A DNA stretch of 64,000 bases from an uncultured Bacteroidales bacterium (GTDB taxonomy: Bacteria; Bacteroidota; Bacteroidia; Bacteroidales; UBA7960): NCBI GenBank assembly GCA_964624065.1, contig CAZUWF010000003.1, forward strand, positions 89,471-153,470, read 5' to 3'. This document shows positions 27,296-33,740 of this stretch, piece after piece. A program made the position numbers and the translations under genes. Every line of letters begins with the position of its first letter. The first letter of the stretch is position 1. The notes under the pieces are model-generated. The model made no database searches. It saw only the letters and a list, made by a program, of their open reading frames with translations, and was not told where the DNA came from.

Positions 27296-28315
27296 TTAAA
27301 ATTTTGCTTGCAATTGAACCACAAAACGGTCATTATTTATCTCAGTGGGTTTTTCTGCCTTGTACAGGTAGTTGACTTGCAATCTCGTCCAATCGTTGAA
27401 GAAGTAGTTTAGGCCGAAAGTCATAGTGCTTTCCTTGTAGTTTTGGTCGTTACCCGAGTCGAAGAAATCAAATTTAAAAACCGGTTCAACGTTCCATTTT
27501 GTTTTGTATGAAACTGCCGCCCATCCACCATTTCTTTCTTCTCCAAGTACAATGAGCTCGCCCCCGCATCCACCGCCTAGGTCCCTGTTGTAGTCGCCCT
27601 TGTCGTAAATGTACTCGCCCATCAACGAAAACCCTTGGTATTGAGCCTTAAGTTCGGCACCAATTGTTGTGCGGGTGTCGGTATTGTTGTTGTACGAAGG
27701 GTACGAGCCGCGAAAGCTACCTCCAACTTGGACAAAGTCAAGTGGCCTGAACAACACTCTTGCCACCAAATCCTTTTTTTGGTTGTTGTCAAAGCGCTTC
27801 AAGCCACTTCCGTTCATTATGCCCAATTGATACTGCAGTTTAGTGGAGTTGTCACCCCCCATAAAAACCAAACCGAAATCGCGAAACGGCGCCACGGTTT
27901 GCAACACTGCGGTAGAGCGGAAAATTGTTGGCATATCGTTACAGGCAAGGTTGGTCTCAAATCCGAAAGGAGTTTTGAAGGTACCCACCGAAACCCTGGC
28001 CCATTTAAACCTGTTGTAAGAAATGAAGGCATCCAGCAGGTAGGGGTTGTTGTTAGCGTCCAAGAATGGGCTTAGCTCAACAACGGCATAAAAGGAAAAG
28101 TCGTAGGGGATTGCTCCCTGAACGCCAAGCCTAACCCTTTCGAAAGAAAAGGAAGTTGTAGTTTTCGGGTCTTTTACCACCGCATCAAATTGAGATTGTA
28201 TGAACCCAAACACCGTAACGCCTTCTTCCGAGGGTGCGTCTCCGCACCCTTGTGCCGAAATTCTCGGTACTGCAAAGGCCGAAAGCAAGAGTATAACCAG
28301 CAGTGTTTTTTTCAT
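27296..28315 (-). CDS. Outer-membrane beta-barrel porin (porin O/P-like)
   Basis: The ATG at 28315 gives MKKTLLVILLLSAFAVPRISAQ. Alternating amphipathic beta-strand pattern throughout, with a C-terminal ..VVQLQAKF (terminal Phe). Confidence 0.7.
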   Translation of the reverse strand: MKKTLLVILLLSAFAVPRISAQGCGDAPSEEGVTVFGFIQSQFDAVVKDPKTTTSFSFERVRLGVQGAIPYDFSFYAVVELSPFLDANNNPYLLDAFISYNRFKWARVSVGTFKTPFGFETNLACNDMPTIFRSTAVLQTVAPFRDFGLVFMGGDNSTKLQYQLGIMNGSGLKRFDNNQKKDLVARVLFRPLDFVQVGGSFRGSYPSYNNNTDTRTTIGAELKAQYQGFSLMGEYIYDKGDYNRDLGGGCGGELIVLGEERNGGWAAVSYKTKWNVEPVFKFDFFDSGNDQNYKESTMTFGLNYFFNDWTRLQVNYLYKAEKPTEINNDRFVVQLQAKF

Positions 28316-28345
28316 TTTTCGAAGGGAATTTAAAATGTTATGCTG

Positions 28346-28353
28346 CAAATTTA
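28346..28353 (-). promoter_or_regulatory. Bacteroidota-type -7 promoter element (TAAATTTG) upstream of the porin gene
   Basis: The minus strand reads TAAATTTG (TAnnTTTG consensus) about 30 nt upstream of the porin ATG. No clear TTTG -33 element is present. A C8/T6 tract lies just upstream. Confidence 0.3.
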
Positions 28354-28393
28354 TTGGTTAAAAAAGGGGGGGGCGTTAATATGGCCCATTGAT

Positions 28394-29359
28394 TTAATTG
28401 GTTACGAAGGGTAGGTTTCTTGGCACTTCTGTACCGTGACCCCAACGATTTTCGGTCCAAGTTGAACTGGAGTGGTTAAGCTTGTTCATGCCAAACACCA
28501 TACTGTGGGCATTGTATCCAATTACCCTCAAAAAGGCAGAAACCGCTCCTGATGTTTGACCTGTATAGCAGTAAGTTACAACTGATTTTGCTGGGTTATT
28601 AAACTTAACCGTGTTATCGCCAACAAGCATTGGGCGTATTCTGAAAGATCCGGCAATGTGTCCGAAACCCAAAAAATGATTTTCGGGGAAGTAGTTGTTA
28701 ATAAAGTAGTTTGAAGGGTTGGCAAGCACCGCTTCTGGAGTTACGCTTTTGAATCCTTCGGCCAATACTGCTGCAACTCTGTTATTTAGAATTGTGGCCG
28801 GATCAGTGGAGTTGGAGGTAAATGTTGGGCTTGGATAGGTTAAATTTGTTGGTGCGGCGGCGGTAGACCAGTTGGCATGACCAGCTGAAATATTGCCAGT
28901 TAGGCTGTTCCATCCTCTGGGGTGGTTTGCAAATGTTGTATGCCAGGAGCTCATTCCCCACTTTAACGCTTGGGCTGTTAAATATCCTCTAAGTCTTAGT
29001 AGGCCTACCAAATAAGTTGCCTGGTTGCCAGAATAACAAACGACCAAAATTGGTTTGTCAGCAATGGCTGCCTCTGCCAGAACGTTGTTCCAGGCCACGT
29101 TTTTGGCGCCCTGAATTCTTCCTTGTGCAAAATCGGCGGGATCCCGAACGTCAATAATGTACCTTCCACTTAAATTGCCATCAGCGGGAGGCATTATTAC
29201 AAAGCCGCTAATAATTGTGTTGATGTCGAGGTTTTGAGCAACCAAATAGTCTGTTAATGCTTTTTGCGCATCAAATGTAGGGCCCTCGTCTTTACATCCG
29301 GTGAAAACAAAAGTTGCCACCAGGATGATTGTTAAAAAACTTGCTTTTAATTTTTTCAT
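28394..29359 (-). CDS. Double rhodanese-like lipoprotein, probably surface exposed
   Basis: The ATG at 29359 gives MKKLKASFLTIILVATFVFTGC-KDEG (lipobox followed by K-D-E). Two rhodanese-like domains have Cys loops VVCYSGNQA and TYCYTGQTS. Confidence 0.75.
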   Translation of the reverse strand: MKKLKASFLTIILVATFVFTGCKDEGPTFDAQKALTDYLVAQNLDINTIISGFVIMPPADGNLSGRYIIDVRDPADFAQGRIQGAKNVAWNNVLAEAAIADKPILVVCYSGNQATYLVGLLRLRGYLTAQALKWGMSSWHTTFANHPRGWNSLTGNISAGHANWSTAAAPTNLTYPSPTFTSNSTDPATILNNRVAAVLAEGFKSVTPEAVLANPSNYFINNYFPENHFLGFGHIAGSFRIRPMLVGDNTVKFNNPAKSVVTYCYTGQTSGAVSAFLRVIGYNAHSMVFGMNKLNHSSSTWTENRWGHGTEVPRNLPFVTN

Positions 29360-29448
29360 TTTAGTAGGTTTTAGGTTGGGTTCGTAAATTTTTTTGTGTT
29401 GGCTTGGAAATTCGCAGAACCCTTTAATCAAATCTCCTCGCTGTTTTT

Positions 29449-29937
29449 TTAGTCTCCGCAGCCTCCGCTTGTTTTGGCGGCAGGTTCATTTTTTTCTATC
29501 TCGGGATCCCAACTAATTATTCCACCTTCAAGGTTTTTGACGTTGGTGTAGCCTAGTTGTTTGAGGGTTAGGGCTGCAAGAATTCCCCTAAAGCCCTTTT
29601 GGCAATAAATGATTATTTCGTTACCTCTTTCGGGTTCGTAGAAAAATTCACCCTCCCAGTAGATGCTGTCGTTTATTTTGAATTCTAGCAACCCCCTTGG
29701 GATGTTAAACGCTCCGGGGATGGACACTTGCTCGAATTCCTTTACTTGCCTCACATCTATAAGGTAAAAGTCTTCTCCAGTGTCAATCTTTTCCCGCAGG
29801 TCAACAACGGTAATTTGCTCCACGAGCGATTTGTGTGCGTTAGCAATTTCTTCACCGTTTTCGAAAATGGCCGTGCAGGAGCCTGCAATTAGCGCCACCA
29901 AGGCAAGGCCGATTAGTATTTTTGTGGTATTCTTCAT
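29449..29937 (-). CDS. Rhodanese lipoprotein with a catalytic Cys and a ...TSGGCGD C-terminal tail
   Basis: Lipobox IAGSC. LIDVRQVKEFEQVSIPGAFNIPRG. Catalytic loop IIYCQKGFRG. A linker precedes the C-terminal SGGCGD-stop (nt 29452-29469). Confidence 0.8.
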   Translation of the reverse strand: MKNTTKILIGLALVALIAGSCTAIFENGEEIANAHKSLVEQITVVDLREKIDTGEDFYLIDVRQVKEFEQVSIPGAFNIPRGLLEFKINDSIYWEGEFFYEPERGNEIIIYCQKGFRGILAALTLKQLGYTNVKNLEGGIISWDPEIEKNEPAAKTSGGCGD

Positions 29938-29950
29938 CTGGAGTCTTGTT

Positions 29951-31165
29951 TTAGTAAGCAGTGAACCTTCCGGTTTTCTCGTTCCACTTTACAAACCAGT
30001 ACCATATCAACAAAATGCAAACAACCACCCCAAAAGCACCGGAGTAGCCTATGTAATCTGGCAAGAACATTTTGAAGCCAGCCTGATGGGGGATTATTTT
30101 ATTGACTAGCGGCACTATTGCCTTGTTTGATAAAGGCATTATTAGAATAAATGCCAATGCCGAGAACCAAAGCTTAACCTGACCCTCGCCAACGCGCCAA
30201 AGGGTTCCAGCAGCGCAACCCCCTGCTACGGTCATTCCTAGCCCGAATATGAAACCTCCTATCAAGGCCTTCGCCCAGAAATGGGAGAAAACCCAAGTCA
30301 TTTCCTGAGTTCTAATTCCGGCATCTCCAATGCCAATTCCGAAGTACTTGATGGCAGTGAAGCCAAAAAGGGTAACCACCATACCGGCAATTATCCCTGT
30401 AGCTCCCGATGCCTCGCCGGTCATGAACGGATCGCGGAAGGCTTTGACGATACAAAAGCGTGATCTCTGGCTAATCAATCCCATTAACAGCCCGATAATT
30501 ATGTACCAAGACATAATTGGATTATTGGGAGCGTATGTGTAAGATAAAATTAAAATAAGTGCAAACACTACCCATCCTATATAAACCTGAGTTTTGCCCT
30601 TGGCGGGTTTTGCAGCGAGCCACGTGTAGCTTTTGCCCGAACTAAGCATCGGGAAGCGCTCCATTTCCCACATAAGGTACTTTAGAGCAACTATAACTCC
30701 AACAAAAAGTCCAACGGTAAAAATTATAGCCCCTCCCGAAAGTGCAGGAACTCCGCTAAAAAACGATGCTACGGTGCAACCCAAACCTACGGTTGCACCG
30801 ATGGCCATCAACCCACCGCCGATAAAACCCTTTGCCATTTCACCCTTTGGAGGCACCCTCAGGGCAAATTCTTTTGAGAAAAGTGCTCCGATAAATGAGC
30901 CTACGATAAGCATTAAGGCTAGCATGGCAAAGATGCTGGAGCCCATTGGTGTGGTGCCTTCAAAGGCCGAAAAGCCAAGAAGCCCGTAAAGGTTCTCACC
31001 CCAGTTGTTTATCCCTCCACTGGCACCCCAGGGGCTGTTAATGGCAAAAAGCACAATATTAAGCGCCCCAAGAATTACGGCTCCAACCCAAACAGGCCAG
31101 TGTTTTGCAAAGAAAGTGGCCCAAAGGTGACCGAAAATCCCCGTTTCCTTAGGTTTTTCTGACAT
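29951..31165 (-). CDS. YeeE/YedE family inner-membrane sulfur (thiosulfate) transporter
   Basis: 404 aa and polytopic. Two half-repeats carry conserved Cys-containing Gly-rich segments (GATVGLGCTVASFFSG and TVAGGCAAGTLWRVGEG). It is adjacent to a TusA-like gene, as in known YeeE-YeeD/TsuA-TsuB pairs. Confidence 0.85.
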   Translation of the reverse strand: MSEKPKETGIFGHLWATFFAKHWPVWVGAVILGALNIVLFAINSPWGASGGINNWGENLYGLLGFSAFEGTTPMGSSIFAMLALMLIVGSFIGALFSKEFALRVPPKGEMAKGFIGGGLMAIGATVGLGCTVASFFSGVPALSGGAIIFTVGLFVGVIVALKYLMWEMERFPMLSSGKSYTWLAAKPAKGKTQVYIGWVVFALILILSYTYAPNNPIMSWYIIIGLLMGLISQRSRFCIVKAFRDPFMTGEASGATGIIAGMVVTLFGFTAIKYFGIGIGDAGIRTQEMTWVFSHFWAKALIGGFIFGLGMTVAGGCAAGTLWRVGEGQVKLWFSALAFILIMPLSNKAIVPLVNKIIPHQAGFKMFLPDYIGYSGAFGVVVCILLIWYWFVKWNEKTGRFTAY

Positions 31166-31174
31166 AGTTGCCTC

Positions 31175-31411
31175 CTAGTTCTTTTTTATAAGGTACCTGA
31201 ACACTCCGCCTTCCAATGTTTCTCTCAACAAAAGGTCGTTTCCGTATTTTTCGCACCATTTGGGCAGGTCAGAATTGGTGCCGGGGTCGGTTCCAAGCAT
31301 CTCAAGCACCTCGCCCGAAGACAAACCCTTCATGGTTTTTGCTAGCTTTAGCATTGGCATGGGGCAGCTTAGACCTTTACAGTCAAGCGTTTGGTTGATT
31401 TGAATTTCCAT
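31175..31411 (-). CDS. TusA/YeeD-like sulfurtransferase, first gene of the operon
   Basis: The ATG at 31411 gives MEIQINQTLDCKGLSCPMPMLKLAK (CPxP motif) and GEVLEMLGTDPGTNSDLPKWC. 78 aa. It ends 9 nt upstream of yeeE. Confidence 0.85.
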   Translation of the reverse strand: MEIQINQTLDCKGLSCPMPMLKLAKTMKGLSSGEVLEMLGTDPGTNSDLPKWCEKYGNDLLLRETLEGGVFRYLIKKN

Positions 31412-31532
31412 CTTTTGGGTATTTTGTGTTGTTAAAAAATTCACAACATGAAATTCCTGCAACTTTTTTAATTGGGCAATTTTTTTTCATTGTTTTGCAA
31501 CCATATGGCAGGCTGATTTGTTATAACAAAAA

Positions 31533-31550
31533 AATTGACGACGGTCAATT
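31533..31550. promoter_or_regulatory. Perfect 7-bp inverted repeat AATTGAC-gacg-GTCAATT (FNR/FixK-like TTGA-N6-TCAA box)
   Basis: Read directly from the 216-nt divergent intergenic region between the operon (tusA ATG 31411) and the Crp/Fnr gene (ATG 31679). Confidence 0.55.
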
Positions 31551-31678
31551 AAAAACTTGATTCAGCAACGTTTTTTCATCAAAAGATCGCTCAATTGAAT
31601 ATTTTTTGTAACTTAGCAAACATAATGCACTTAAAGCAGGTGTGTTTTTTAAATATGCCCAACCAACCTTGACCATAA

Positions 31679-32374
31679 ATGGAGTATTCGATTTTTGCCA
31701 ATAGTTGCAAGAATGTTGTTCCCAGCTGCAGGTGTTTTGATAAACTCACGCCTCCGGAAATGGACCTGATTCTTGCCAATCAAGTGGAATTGTCTTTTAA
31801 AAAGGGCGAAATTATTTGCAAGCAGGGTTCTTTAGCCCCGCATATAATTCTTCTAACCAAAGGCTTGGTTAAGGCCTATATCGAAGGGGGTAATTCCAAT
31901 TTGGTGCTTAAAATCATTTCGGGCGGGAAATTCATTGCCCTCTCTTCTGCCATGGAGGGGAATAGCGTTTTTAATTATACCGCCCAGGCCTATGTTGATA
32001 GCACAGTAATGTTTATAGACATAAATGTTTTTAGGGGAGTTTTAAAGTCAAACCCCCTTTTTGCTACCGAAATATTCAATGTTCAAAGTGGAAATGCTAG
32101 GCAAATCTATGGTCGGTTTTTTTGCCTGACCAAAAAGCAAAGTTATGGCCGCCTCGCCGACTTGCTGCTTTGTCTGGCCGACAGTGTCTATTACAAAACC
32201 GTTTTTGAACTGGAGCTAACCAGAAAAGAGCTTGCCGAGCTATCAGGATTGTCGCAGGAGAGTGTGGTTAGAATACTCAAAAACTTTAAGGACGATAGGC
32301 TAATCGGAACCAGCGGAAAGCAAATAGAAATTATTGAGTACGAGAAATTGCAGCGAATTAGCCAAAAGGGCTAA
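31679..32374 (+). CDS. Crp/Fnr family transcriptional regulator with an N-terminal Cys cluster
   Basis: A cNMP-binding-like beta-roll (FKKGEIICKQG...LVKAY) and a C-terminal HTH (TRKELAELSGLSQESVVRILKNFKDDRLI). N-terminal Cys residues C10, C17 and C19 (NSCKNVVPSCRCF). Confidence 0.85.
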   Translation: MEYSIFANSCKNVVPSCRCFDKLTPPEMDLILANQVELSFKKGEIICKQGSLAPHIILLTKGLVKAYIEGGNSNLVLKIISGGKFIALSSAMEGNSVFNYTAQAYVDSTVMFIDINVFRGVLKSNPLFATEIFNVQSGNARQIYGRFFCLTKKQSYGRLADLLLCLADSVYYKTVFELELTRKELAELSGLSQESVVRILKNFKDDRLIGTSGKQIEIIEYEKLQRISQKG

Positions 32375-32514
32375 CACGTAAAGCTTTTGCAATTTTCTAA
32401 GGCTTATTCCCAATATCACATTCCAAGTAATCAGCAGGGAATTTCTTTAGCCGCTTCTTAACTGCTTGGTAAATTTTTCTTATTTTTGAATTCAAATTTC
32501 AAAACTTCAAGAAA

Positions 32515-33129
32515 ATGAACCATTACAAACCTACCGCGGAAGAAAGGATTTTGGCTGCTGCCAAAAGCAACTTTATTATGAAAGGCTACACGGGTGCCCG
32601 CATGCAAGAAATTGCAAACTCCGCAGGTGTAAACAAGGCATTACTGCATTATTATTTTGAAAACAAGGAATTACTTTTTTGTCATGTGATGGAAAACATT
32701 CTCGAAAGCATTTCAGGGCTATGTATGGTACTTGCCAACAAGGAGGCCGGGACTCTCCATCAAAGGTTTAGGCTAGTGGTTCAAAAATTCTTGCAACTTA
32801 TGCTTCGAGAGCCTTTCTTGCCCGGCTTCGTTTTGCACGAGGCTCAGAAGAATCCAGAAATAATGTACCCGCTTTTGCAAAAATACCAAGCACGATTTGG
32901 TGATGTGCAAACTGAAATTGACGCTGAATCTAATGCAGGACGAATGCAATGGGTGGATGCAAGGCACTTGGTTGTAAATGTATTCTCTGTAGCTCTGTTC
33001 CCTTTTTTGTCAATGCAGGTGGCAGGGTCAGTTGTTTTTCACAACAATCAAGAAGAACTTGGCAATATGCTTGACCAACGACAGGCAGCCGTTGAAGAGT
33101 TGGTTTTCAGCAAGGTTTTCTTTTCCTAA
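32515..33129 (+). CDS. TetR/AcrR family transcriptional regulator
   Basis: The N-terminal HTH FIMKGYTGARMQEIANSAGVNKALLHYYFENKE is the classic TetR signature. Confidence 0.85.
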   Translation: MNHYKPTAEERILAAAKSNFIMKGYTGARMQEIANSAGVNKALLHYYFENKELLFCHVMENILESISGLCMVLANKEAGTLHQRFRLVVQKFLQLMLREPFLPGFVLHEAQKNPEIMYPLLQKYQARFGDVQTEIDAESNAGRMQWVDARHLVVNVFSVALFPFLSMQVAGSVVFHNNQEELGNMLDQRQAAVEELVFSKVFFS

Positions 33130-33156
33130 ATATTTTTCAAAAAGTAAAAATAGATT

Positions 33157-33549
33157 ATGACGCTTTCCATTGAAACCCCTGCTTTGTTGTTTTCTGCAAC
33201 GTCGCTTATCTTGTTGGCCTACACAAATAGGTTCTTGACAATAGCCCAGATAATTAGAGGCTTGAAAACCAGCTACGAGCAGCAAAAAACCACAAGCATT
33301 TTGTTGCAAATCGAAAACTTGCGTAAAAGGGTGAAACTAATCAAGGATATGCAATTAGTCGGGGTGGCGAGCTTGTTTTTTTCGGTGCTTGCCATGCTTT
33401 TAATATTTATGGAGCAAAACACTGCAGGGATTGTGTTTTTCGGGTTAAGCCTTGCCACCTTATTGTTTTCTCTTGGCCTTTCAATGTACGAAATAAGCAT
33501 TTCGGTGGTTGCCCTTCAGCACCACCTGGACGATTTGAGCGAGAATTAG
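33157..33549 (+). CDS. DUF2721 domain membrane protein
   Basis: TPALLFSATSLILLAYTNRFLTIAQIIRGL plus two further TM segments match the DUF2721 pattern as I recall it. Confidence 0.7.
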   Translation: MTLSIETPALLFSATSLILLAYTNRFLTIAQIIRGLKTSYEQQKTTSILLQIENLRKRVKLIKDMQLVGVASLFFSVLAMLLIFMEQNTAGIVFFGLSLATLLFSLGLSMYEISISVVALQHHLDDLSEN

Positions 33550-33740
33550 TCAAATAAACCGTGTCTGGAAGCGTAGGTTTTAAGATCCCCAAATACTCTT
33601 CCATTGACTTTGGCTTATTGACTTTACTACGGGTGACTGCTGAGGTTCTGCCCCCTTAAAGGGCAGGGAGGTTTTTGTGGCTATAAAATTTGCATCCGTT
33701 CAAAACTATTATACAAATAAACTCATAAACAAATTTTATT

